Source: Octopus vulgaris
Lineage: Eukaryota
NCBI GenBank assembly: GCA_951406725.2
Contig: OX597814.1
Location: forward strand, 38,502,001 to 38,566,000
DNA: 64,000 nt
Direction: 5' to 3'
Under the pieces are notes generated by a model, which saw nothing but the letters and a program-made list of their open reading frames with translations, made no database searches and was not told where the DNA came from. The translations under genes were made by a program, and so were the position numbers. Shown here piece by piece: positions 52,333 to 64,000 of the stretch (its first letter is position 1; each line of letters begins with the position of its first letter).

Positions 52333-52818
52333 TGTAGAATGATGGCGTAATATTATGAATGAGAAAACGTAGAGCTGAATATCCAATAGATGTATTTAAC
52401 GTAATATTTTTTGTATACATAAGTATCTTAGTGACACCAATGAAGAGAAATGAACTGGCAATGGTAAAATATGTAAGGTAAAACAGAAACAATTTTGATA
52501 TAGTAATTTAAATCTGAACGTATCATTATTAACAGTTTAAAAATAATATTTAAGAAAAGCAGAGCTTAGTAAACTATGTTGCTGTCTTTCATGAAAATCT
52601 TCTCTCCGCTTAACTTCCGATATATGTCTGTATGAGTATCAACAAATCACATATAAATATGTCAACATGCTAATACATTTTTATTATTAGATTACATATA
52701 TAGATACGCTACTCAACCCTTATTACAGTTCCATTTGATTGCAATCAGTAATATATGTCCATAATAATTAAATAAATTTTATATTTTGACGGATATTTAT
52801 ATAAACAGGTCGTCAATA

Positions 52819-52880
52819 ATTACCCGTAACTTGAAAATACATGTGTTTATTTACACATGTATTTTCAGGTTACGGGTAAT
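52819..52880. repeat. Hairpin: 28-bp arms, 6-nt loop, one mismatch (U:G on + strand RNA)
   Basis: ATTACCCGTAACTTGAAAATACATGTGT-TTATTT-ACACATGTATTTTCAGGTTACGGGTAAT. Confidence 0.93.
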
Positions 52881-53881
52881 AATCGGAATATGACATGTGT
52901 GCGTGTGAATGTGTGTGCGCGCGCGCTTTTGTATGTGCGTGTGTTTCTGCGTGTGTGAATGTGTGTGTGCAAACAAAAATTTCTTAGGGAAACAGCAAAT
53001 TCAACAGTGAGAAATGTAACGACAAATTATAACGCCATGCTGCCATAGAAAATAAAATAGAAATTATTTTGACTTAGAGAGAATGTTAAGCTACACCTAA
53101 TGGCATTTACATCTTACTCTGATTGAGATGGGGAGATAACCTCACGAACGAAGATTACTCTGAAATATATAAAGGAAACATATTCCATTATTTACCAGGA
53201 ATTACGTGAAGAATAGCCTCCCTCTGTAATGTTCTTCCAAATCGATATAACTCAAAAATTATTTCGTTTCCAGCAATGAAATTTTATACAAAGTTGAAAA
53301 AGAAAAAATTTGTGTCTTTGCTTAAACCTGTAATTTTTTAAAACTGAAATCACATTTATATTGAAAAGTGTACAAATATCACTCGAAAAATTCTTATTAA
53401 ATTTTCAAGTATTTGATAACAGGGTTCTTACAGACGTATACCTAACCAAAACGCTTCTTATTTATAGATATATTCAAATCAATTATAATTGACGTGTCCT
53501 CATGATTCATTATGTTACATCTATCATGTACGATATATTACTAGTGACGCTGATTTTCCAAAAAAGAATATTTTGTTATATTCTGTTATCAAACATACTC
53601 AAATTGGCAACTGATGTGTAAATGAGGAAAGAAAGTACCCTGGGAAATTAATTCGTTCTTTGTTCTGCGTTATCATCGTTTTAGGAAACTAAACGCCTTC
53701 TGCTTATATGAGCTTCGATTGCTATAGAAAACATATATTATCAGTTTAACGCCAGGTTGTAGGCTCTTGAGGATGAAGTGCTTATAAATTTCCAATGTTC
53801 TATACAACACACACAACACTGGTACTCATATACATAATGCGGACATTCAGACCTATATACAGTTACACACACACTCACATA

Positions 53882-53939
<58 letters not shown>

Positions 53940-54030
53940 TGTGTGTGTGTGTGAGTGTATACGAATATATATATACATATGCATACATATGTACATATAC
54001 ATATACATATATATATACATATATATTTAC

Positions 54031-54136
<106 letters not shown>

Positions 54137-54829
54137 TGAAGAAAATAGAAAATGTAGATAATAATGAACAACAATTCATTTGCATCAAGTATTATAAACT
54201 ATTTACAAAAAAACTTCATCTCCCCTTACAGCTGTTTCTGTAGCTAATGTTCTTTGGTTTCATCATTATTATGCTAAAAATATACATCAGAGTTGATAAT
54301 AAAACTGATTTTAAACATGGAGTTCTTTCATCAGAGTGGAAAACAGATAAATAAATAAGCAGAAAAGACAAGAAAATAAGACGTTAAGTTTGAATATGGT
54401 GAGAATCATGTCCTGTTGCGTGTGTATTTTTCTAAACCCTTATGTAAATGACTAAACTTATAAATAGGTATTTGCTTGGAATGTCCTATATACAGGGGGT
54501 GGTGCATAGTTAGAATAAATAATAATTATAATAATCATAGATGTTTACGCAAATAGGATAGGTCAAGGAAATAGTAAATATATAGTAAAGAATTGAAATC
54601 TTAGCTATTATTGATAATTATGTCTGAAGTATTTATCATAATAAAGTACTCATCGATTAAAGTAATTTTTACTTACTAGAAGGTATTTGAGTCAGTTTCC
54701 TATTGTCCGAAGTGTGATATATAATTTATTTACTTTTTTATTTATTTATCTTACACCGTATTAACGGTTTTAATAGCCGTTCCTTTATTTTTAATTTCTA
54801 TCTGGCCAATTATATATAATTTGCGGAAA

Positions 54830-55334
54830 ACTAATTACGGAAGTACAAGCGATGCAACGCCACTCCACAAAGGAGATAGACTCCGTAAAACACGTGGGCA
54901 ACTGCGAGAGATTGAGGGAAATGGAACTCTACACCCTGGAGAGGAGACGTGAGAGATATACAATATTATACATGAGGAAAATAATAGAGGGGCTGGTTCA
55001 AAATTCCTGAACTGGAAGCTACATGAATCCCCGAACTGGACGACACTGCACAGAACCAAATGTCGCAACTTCTCCACCGAGGATAGGAACCCAATATTGA
55101 AAGGACTTGTTATTCAAGGGAACGTAACTCTTTAATGCCCTACCACAGAATATCAGGGATGTGCAAGATGCAGAGATGGAAGTCTTCAGCAAAAACCTGC
55201 AATTCTGGATGAAACCACATCGCAGTAGGAGGCAAAAAGAAGAGCGGCAACGTCCAACTCACTACTTCTCCAGAATTAATACTGGAAAAATCCACGCACG
55301 CAGTAAAGCCGGAGCACCAGCATGGCTGAAACGC

Positions 55335-55337
<3 letters not shown>
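54830..55337 (+). mobile_element. Decayed CR1/L2-group LINE 3' fragment
   Basis: ITEVQAMQRHSTKEID...NCERLREMELYTLERRRERYTILYMRKIIEGLVQN...LFNALPQNIRD; ends GCCGGAGCACCAGCATGGCTGAAAC. Confidence 0.8.
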
Positions 55338-55410
<73 letters not shown>

Positions 55411-55412
<2 letters not shown>

Positions 55413-55556
55413 TAAGTAGCTTGCTTACCAACCACAAGGTTCCGGGTTCAGTCCCACTGCGTAGCATCTTGGGCAAGTGTCTTCTGCTATAGCCCCGGGC
55501 CGACCAATCCCTTGTGAGGGGATTTGCTAGACGGAAACTGAAAGAAGCCTGTCGTA

Positions 55557-55617
<61 letters not shown>

Positions 55618-55830
55618 ATATGTTTGTGTCTCTGTTTGTCCCGCTAGCATTGCTTGACAACCGATGCTGGTGTGTTTATGTCCCCGTCACTTAGCGGTTC
55701 GGCAAAAGTGACCGATAGAATAAGTACTGGGCTTACAAAGAATAAGTCCCGGGGTCGATCTGCTCGACTAAAGGCGGTGCTCCAGCATGGCCGCAGTCAA
55801 ATGACTGAAACAAGTAAAAGAGAGTAAAAG
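55411..55830 (+). mobile_element. SINE family B copy (head clipped by TA array)
   Basis: GGTAAGTAGCTTGCTTACC...GGGTTCAGTCCC...CTTGGGCAAGTGTC...GGCGGTGCTCCAGCATGGCCGCAGTCAAATGACTGAAACAAGTAAAAGAG. Confidence 0.92.
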
Positions 55831-56954
55831 ATATATATATATATATCTTTTATCTTTTTTATGTATACGGGTTTGCCCATATATAATACTGTGAATTTGT
55901 ATATGATTCAAAATGTGTTACTCTATGGGTAATCTCAAAAGCGTAAGAATGTTTAATTATACAAACCAGATCTACAAGGGGTTCATTGGAATTATCGTTT
56001 TAATATCAATTTGAAATGTAGAATTCAAATTATTTTGTCTTATCATCGAAAACTGAGAATAAAATTTGACCTTCTTAGTTAATATATGTTGAAAATGTTG
56101 ATAATATGCATATTTCCATGTTATTTTTTAATTCTATTCCCTCAAAGGCCCTGAAACTTTTCCTTATCTCATGTTGTTTTATTCCTTATATTATCATAGA
56201 AGAGTGGCAGTTTATATAATAACCTAGTGATATAAAGGATATGAAATATATGAAATTCTGACTTGCAATTCTGTAATGTTAATACACATAGGAATACATA
56301 AGAGTCACATTATATTTATATCATCCGTTTGTTATTAGCATATAACGTAGGTTAAATTACACATGATAATCAATCCACGCGTGTATATATACGTGTGTGT
56401 GGGTGAGAGACAGAGCGTGTGTATATATATATATATAATGTATGTATACAGAGAGAGAGCGGGAGGGAGAAAAAGAGAGAGAGAGAGGGAAGCAGACAGG
56501 CGCAGAAGGTGTTACTAAAGCATATTAACACAATTACGTTTAGCGAGCACATACACACGTACACATACACGCATACACATATGCATATAGCTAAGTTGAA
56601 CTGTCTAAAGTCGAGAGACGACCGTTGTTTTCGTCCTGTTATTATTATTATTGTTGTTTGTATTTATATTCGTATTACTTTTTGTATTTTTATTTATATT
56701 CGTGTAACATCGTCCGTTTTTCTGTCCTTGTTTCGTATACATTCGATCCTTTTTCCAAGAAATCTAATGCTCGTAGCTTAGTGTTTCCTTGGGGCTTGCC
56801 AGATCGGAGCAATCTCAAGATTAATCAGCCGAAATTGCGAGGATGATCCGGTTCTTGACTGAAGATTAGAGGCTTCGAATGACCCGTCCGTTTTTTGTAT
56901 CGTTTATTTGAATGTTTTGCGTTCTTGTCCAAATTTGTATTTTTATATATATTC

Positions 56955-57004
<50 letters not shown>

Positions 57005-57100
57005 ATTAATAGTTATCGCCATACTAATATGGCAGTCTAAATATAAGATTAAACATCTGGGCGAGGTATAAACAGTAGATGCATGACATCGGGAATTATA

Positions 57101-57322
57101 TTTGCCACCTAAATGTGGCTAACCCTTAAAGGCTGATGCTACTGTAGATTGTTGCCCCAGTAAGACATGTCTTCCAGCTGGCTATTCAGATACTAACTGG
57201 GCCCTATCAGAATTTCCAAATGGTAGTCATCGTTCCCATCTCCAGCTGGAGAAGATGTCTTCTTTGGACTACAAGCTACAGTAGCATGAACCCTTAAGGG
57301 TTAACCACATTTATGTGGAAAA
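57101..57322. repeat. Imperfect inverted repeat, arms about 80 bp, spacer about 60 bp (MITE-like or two inverted repeat copies)
   Basis: TTTGCCACCTAAATGTGGCTAACCCTTAAAGG..ATGCTACTGTAG...AAGACAT...CCAGCTGG versus its reverse complement at 57242-57322. Confidence 0.85.
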
Positions 57323-57809
57323 CATACTTCACGATATTATTTATATATATATATATATCCTTGCATATATATAATATTGCCATATGACGGAGGCGCATCT
57401 CACCCGACGCTATCTGCATCCATACGGCCGTATATAGTGATGAGATAAATCTACCATTATCATTATGGATCGTCGTGTCACCATAAATTGCTGTTAGACT
57501 TATAACACCTCTCTTCCACCTCATTACTTTTCTGTGTCTTTTGCATCTAATAATATAACTATCTATATATTTATCGATAAAGTCTCGTCACCTGAAAGTT
57601 ACCACCTTTTGCTTTCTTCTCGTTTTGCATGTATACGTATATGTATATTTTTTATTTGATGCATTTAATGTATCTAATATGGTGGATGTGTCTAATCTGT
57701 TTATCCATATAATTTCTCATACAAACACACAGAGATAAATACACGCACACACAAATGTAGTTACATATATGTATTCATATATATATATAAATACATATAT
57801 ACATATATA

Positions 57810-58150
57810 GTGAAGGCATGTGGTTTAGTGGTTAGAGCGTCCGGATCACAATCATGAGATAGTGAGTTAGATTCCAGGACATGATTTTTATTTGTCATAT
57901 GCCTTGTGGAAGACACTTTATTTCACATTACTCTAGCTCACTCAGCTGTAGAAATGAGTTGCAGCATCACTAGTGCCAAGGTGTATCTGTCTTTCTCTTG
58001 GATAACATTAGAGGCGTGGACGAGGGAGACTTGTATGCATGAGCGATTACCACTCTTCAATGAACAACCTTACCCGGACATGTACATCACAGGGGAACAT
58101 TGTAGATGTAATCCCATGGTCATTCATTACCGAAGGGCGTCTTTACCCTA
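57810..58150 (+). mobile_element. SINE family C copy, diverged
   Basis: GTGGTTTAGTGGTTAG (A box)...GAGTTAGATTCC (B-box-like)...AAGACACTTTATTTCAC...CACTCAGCTGTAGAAATGAG. Confidence 0.8.
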
Positions 58151-58512
58151 TACGCGCGCGCGCACACACACACATATTAGACTATTAATAATAATGGGTG
58201 TTGAAGCCTGTTCATCCACAAAATTTATTTTATATTTTTATACATTATTATATATGAGATATATGTTAGCTTATGGAAATTCACGTCCGGATTTGCAAAG
58301 CACAATAACTGAAAATTGTTTAATCTGAGACATTTGAATGTGAAATATGTACAAAACATATTTGTATATTCAGAAACCGCATATAAGCATTTCATTGTTT
58401 AAATATTTAAAGATAAATATTAATAACATGTTTGTGATGGATAATTGAAAATACGTGTATATGTATGCACATGTAAGTTATCTATATGTGTGTGAGAGAG
58501 AGAGAGAGAGGG

Positions 58513-58544
<32 letters not shown>

Positions 58545-61242
58545 AATGAGACAATATGTGTGTGTGTGCGCGCGCATTAGGGATCAATCAGCAAAGGGAG
58601 ATAAACAAAATAGGAAAACTTTTACATGATCATAAAATTAGTGATTAAGAGAAAAATACATCATAAATATAAAACGTTACTATACCTTACATATATACGT
58701 CTAATAATCCACAAATAACTATCAGTCTTTCCCAACTTGATGTTGAACGTACCCGATTTTATTGTAATATAAACAAGGACTCGGGCCGCTATCCCTTACA
58801 TATTATTGAGTGTTGGTTTTCTATGTGTGCGCAAATTTTGGAATTTATACATCGAGAAATTAAGCCTAGTTTACTTACCCGTGCTGAGAGAAGTTGAGTT
58901 TAATGCATTGTGCTTAAATTTGTGAAGCTGTAAATTTCGATTACGGGACCTAGCGATGCGCTATGTCGTTTATACTCATTTTCCCATTCGGACAGCACCC
59001 TCAATCCTGAATTAGGACCAGGCAAGTAATTTTCTTCGACTTTCTCCCTCGGGTATCATTTCGTGGATTTTTCCCTTGAATTGAGTAGGAATATGTCTCA
59101 AGAATTCTTAGTACCTAATAGTATTTGAGAACACATGCTGCGAAGATACAGATTCATATATCACAAGTGACATTGATAAAGGATGCGAAATTTATGTTGA
59201 CATTCTTTGATAGCACTTCTCATATTTTTCGCAAAATCAAAATATATCAATCCATTTCCTGGTTTACATAACTAAATAACTTTAATTTTCTGCTGACTAA
59301 TTTTGAGATCGCTTTTGAAATACTCTTTTTTAAATTATATACTCTACTTCATGTCTGTTTTGGAATTTGAAGACATGTATTATATATTCCAATTTATTTC
59401 CTGCAGTTGCCAATTTAAAATCGAAGATTTTTCTGCTATTAGAATCGGACCAATATGTTTGTTGAATTTTATATCACGAAAAGCTATTTGATATATCTAT
59501 AAGTAGTGAATTATATTTAATGAAAACAATGAATACTGTGGAATTGAAGAAAGAGAAACATGTGTGTGTGTGTTTGTGTTTGTATATAATCGATTAAATC
59601 CTTTTTCTAAATAAATGTATATGTGTGTGTTTGCGTGAGTATCTGTATGTGTTCATGTATGTGCGTACATATTTATATGTATGCATTGTTGAGAAACATG
59701 GTTGTTATGCTCTGTATATTTTTAATGTAAGTGTGTACAATGTAATAAATACTAAAGAAAATGTAATTAGAAACCAATAGTATATGTAGAATAAATACGT
59801 AGATATTAGATACACTTTTCTTACAGCATTCCATTACACTGAGGATCATATCTCATTTATTTAGTATTTTATAGGCGTTTTAATATTAGTATAACAGTAA
59901 AATATATGCCACTAACACTATATTATTTTCATATTCACTATTCCTCATTGAACCTCTCCGTGAATTTCTAAATGTGAAAATAAGCACATCATCCTACTGA
60001 TATTATATCTTCCAATTATAAACAAAAGGGAAATCAACATATTCCATGTCTCGAGATTTATCTGGATGCTATAAATATGCTACTGTTGTGAGTTAAATCA
60101 TGCAGCAAGCAATATAGAGGATATGGATAGATATCTAGCATAATGCTACACTGGTCAGATATGCGACAGTATATTTTTTAAATGTGTTCTAATTAATATT
60201 TATCGTTGAAATGTAACTGATGAGTGGTCCTCACAGTAAATGTAGTCATATATGGGCTCTGTCTATTTCTCATCTCCTCAATTGTGTAAGATAAGTGCCA
60301 AAAATTTAGAGCAAAGCAAAATTTAGTACAATGCCATTTTATGAACAACAGAAGTTTAAGTTAAATCCTGCCCTACCGTTGCAATCGGTTAACTCACGCA
60401 ATTGCACTTTTCTCTTATACTTTGCAGCCGTACATAAGAATATAAAACGTCGTTTCTTCGTGAGCTTTATAGATCAAAGCGAGAGGAATGGTCTCGCAAG
60501 TGCTTCTAATTCTGCAAATGGCATTATACTCACCTTATGTAACCTTCACATAATTGACATTACAGCTACTAAATAATTCTTTCTTATGCGTTTCCAAGAA
60601 AATATTTACCAGTAAACTAAAGCCATTGAGCCATAGGCACACATTTTTATGAGCTTTAAACTGCGACTATAAAATTTTAATCGTATGAATTCTCAATATA
60701 TGGAATTGATACTCTTACTTCGCTTCTTAATTTCATTCTGTATCTATTTAGAACAAGATTAATTCTCAAGAATATTCATTTTCTTTACTTACCAGAACAT
60801 CAATTCTCTTCACTTCTCTCAATGCCGAGCATATTGCCCCACGTTTCTACCTATATCTAATAATTATGAGACGCAAGAAACTCGCCATTGTTTGAAGTGG
60901 TAAGATATGCCTGGTGCTGGATTTATTTTCACAACTATAATTAAAACCTATATTTTAATCATTCTATGAGAGTGTTTTAACTCACTATGTTCGGTGAACA
61001 CATTCTTCTGCTATTGCTAGTTAATTGTATCAGGGGGATACATGAACTATTTGTATGAAATTCGCACTTGAAAATAATACGTCGTTAATTTATAATCGAA
61101 TTAAACTATGAACATTGCTTCCAACATATCCATGTATGTTTTCCTTTTAAGACCAAGAAAAGCAATTCTCTGTAACGTGTGAATGACATCATTAAAATTG
61201 AGAAAGTATATGAGTATTTTAAGAACAATAACTGTTTCCAAA

Positions 61243-61608
61243 TCTCTCTATATATAAACGGCAGTTTGTCTGTGTGTGTTTCTGTGTGTCTGTTAGGTTG
61301 TACCCTCACCCTGACCACGGCTTTCAACCGATTCTGATGAAACTTGATACACACATAGCCCAATGTCATAATTCAAAACTAACTGCGAAAATTTTGAAAA
61401 GTTCCCCTAGTTCTGAAAAAAATCGATAAATTCGACATGGGGTCGAGAATCAGAAACACAAACCACAGACTGTCTAGGGGAAGCAACTCGACCTTTTTAA
61501 CTAAAAAAAATACCATCATTTTTCTCCCATTTTTTGGCTATAACTCTCTAAAAATGCTTTATAGTTATTTCCCTTACAAACCCGAGCAACGCCGGGCGAT
61601 ACTGCTAG
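61243..61608 (+). mobile_element. Complete non-autonomous Helitron (about 366 bp)
   Basis: A|TC 5' end (TCTCTCTATATATAAACGG), 3' hairpin CCCGAGCAACGCCGGG about 12 nt before CTAG|T; inserted between A and T with no TSD. Confidence 0.88.
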
Positions 61609-63109
61609 TGTATGAATAAGAGTTCATTAGTTAAACAAGTAGTATGGTTTAATATTTACAACAACATATGGAATCGAATATTTTCCTTTAGACGAAACAA
61701 TTATTAAGAATTGGACCCTATATTCCATTTGTGTAAGAGATCGTATAATGTCGGAATATAAACTTCAAACTATGGCACTACACAATCTTGAAAGTAGAAA
61801 GTATCAACATGAGGTAGAATAGTGCAATGTACAATAAAACTTGTACTCTAATCTTGGTTACAGATACCATAAAAATCGTACTTAATGCAAATTGTGAGAA
61901 TGTTTATACATAAACATGTCATTAATACCTAACGTTCCTAACAGAGAAGTATATTGCGTTAATAAACTTAAGATATAATGAATTTTCGCTTAGAGAGTAG
62001 GTTATTTTACTATTTTACAAAATAGTAGAAAAACATGTCCAAACCTTAGACATTTTGTTGCTTTTTGTTGTCTCATAGTATACGTGTGACAGTATGTCAC
62101 TGCAGTACATTATCATTGATTGTAGAATCATTCGTTTTCTAAATGTTATTAAAAACATTTTCGTCCATCGGTATCAGATATTGAATTGGTTTAATTAAAG
62201 AATAAAACTGGCACAAAAGAATTCTTAACTCGCAAGATGATAAACAGACATAAAATCTAAAGTGTCTGGCAAGTCTAGTATCTTCAATAAATAATCTGCA
62301 GCAGACTGATAAAATATTATCGATGTCATCTTTAAATAGGGTTAAGAATAAAGAGCATGGAAATCATTCCTTTAATTAAAAGTGTTGACCTTCGTTGATA
62401 CAAGAGTGTATACGTGCTAGAGTTAGACATTAATGGATAATATGTACCGTATCGTCATTTATAAGTACAAACAGACACACACACATACACCCACCCACAC
62501 ACAAACACAGGCACACATATGCTTCAGGATTAAATAATATTTCACGTATTGGCACAGATACATCAATAAATAATGGCTAAATGGGGAAAAAATCATTATA
62601 TTTATAAGTACAGTATAATGATGGCTACATATATCTATCAATTTCTCTCTCTCTCTATCTCGCTCTCTCTCTCTCTCTGTCTATATGCATGTATGTATGT
62701 ATGAATGTATGTATGCGTGCATATATATATGTGTATGCATAGCTATTTTCATCAGGTCTTTAATGTTCATCACGTCTTTAATGTTTAGAATCACAGAAAT
62801 ACGAAGCTTAATGGTGTCACTGTACCGTAACTCCAATGCTGCTATACATTAACAACACTGCAAATAGAAAAGATTTCTGTTACTAAGAGCAGCACAAAAT
62901 ATGAACATTTATATCACCAATCGCGTTAACTGATGACTCCTCTTCAAAATGGATGATTGTTGAATTAACTTGTTTTCGTTTCTTTATGCAGAATTTATTC
63001 ATACGTAAAATTATGATAAAAATGCAGTCATTATCCAATAGGGTTCACGTAGGATTTTCAAATAAGAAACGGAACAACGAGAATTCTACTTATTTCTTGC
63101 CTAGTATGA

Positions 63110-63475
63110 CCAGAAGAGAATTAGTGCATTCAAGCTTTGGTGTTGGAGAAGACTTTTACGGGATTCCATGGACAGCGATGCTCACCAATGGAGAAGTTCT
63201 TAAGCAGATCAGGCCGAAAATGTCGCTAGAAGCTAGGATCACTAAGCATAGATTGGCATATTTCGGTCATATGCGGAGAAAATCCCTGGAGAAGGACATC
63301 ATGCTCGGAATGATCAGTGGCAAGAGAAGAAGAGGCCGACCAAGAACCCGCAGGCTTGACACCATCAAGACTGACAAGGGAATGGACATAGCCAATCTGA
63401 AAGAAGCGGCCCAGGATAGAACTGACTGGAGGACACTGATCCAACGAGTGACGGAGAGTCGACTTCGACTGAGCA
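63110..63475 (+). mobile_element. RTE-clade (BovB-like) LINE 3' fragment
   Basis: IPWTAMLTNGEVLKQI...RLAYFGHMRRKSLEKDIMLGMISGKRRRGRPRTRRLDTIK...AAQDRTDWRTLIQRVTESRLRL is the typical RTE C-terminus; the upstream part of ORF 62953-63543 is flanking DNA. Confidence 0.92.
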
Positions 63476-63786
63476 GAAAGATAGATATCACAGCACTCAA
63501 GGCTAGGCTTGGACAATTATTTCTTTGTATAAATCGGACCTAGATATATAGTCTGTTGAATACCGTAGGAGCTGCGGTATACCTCTTCACTACAATCATT
63601 CAGTTCCACATAATTTTCAAAGGCTAACTCAGTGCATATATGTGACACTACTTATTTCATGTATCTTAAAACACTGCTTGTGAGATCATTTATGTTTAAA
63701 ATCATCGATTCTACGAAAGAAGAAATTTGCCGTTTTCGCATATTTACTGTTTCAAATAGCGAGTACAGAATTACTCATGAAAAGTC

Positions 63787-63798
63787 TGTTGTTGTTGT

Positions 63799-63830
<32 letters not shown>

Positions 63831-63869
63831 TTGATGTTGCTGTTGTAGTTGTTGTTGTTGTTGTTGTTG
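63787..63869. repeat. (GTT)n/(GCT)n microsatellite
   Basis: Directly visible. Confidence 0.95.
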
Positions 63870-64000
63870 GAAGTGGGGCTGCTTCGACTGTTAGAGAGTT
63901 GGGTGGTTTGTTCATGGCATTATTAGCAACCAGAATGTGATGTTTAGGAGACTCGGAAACATAACTTGAGGGTTTTGTAATTTTATCCCAACACGTATAA

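Noticed and set aside
56600-56940. Repeat-like block containing CTGAAGA...CGAA
   Set aside because: GAAA box and stems not recoverable; cannot support a ribozyme or classify the repeat.
62953-63543. 196-aa ORF as a host gene
   Set aside because: The recognisable part is an RTE LINE C-terminus fortuitously in frame with flanking AT-rich DNA.

Overview
AT-rich, microsatellite-dense eukaryotic DNA. The SINE families and (TA)n/(TG)n load point to an octopus or other coleoid cephalopod genome (inference from recognised repeat families, not a database hit). The window looks intronic or intergenic and I find no intact, recognisable host gene; almost all ORFs in the track are microsatellite or antisense artefacts. 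It is a transposon graveyard containing: (i) a roughly 10.5-kb head-to-tail cluster of R4/Dong-type (restriction-like endonuclease) non-LTR retrotransposon remnants, all on the minus strand and bounded by (TAA)n/(TGA)n repeats, around a 1.1-kb GAA/TTC tract; (ii) a younger GC-rich CR1-type RT remnant abutting a Helitron RepHel fragment; (iii) other CR1, RTE, L1/Tx1-ORF1 and Penelope-like fragments; (iv) a full-length decayed mariner with both TIRs; (v) a complete non-autonomous Helitron; (vi) many copies of three tRNA-derived SINE families, some multimeric. Items worth a second look are degenerate minimal hammerhead-ribozyme motifs, several near-perfect hairpins in otherwise unique DNA, a LINE/SINE shared 3' tail, and a candidate pair of small minus-strand exons (28747-28810, 27789-27893). 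I cannot demonstrate a new biological system from the sequence alone. Boundaries of decayed elements are approximate.
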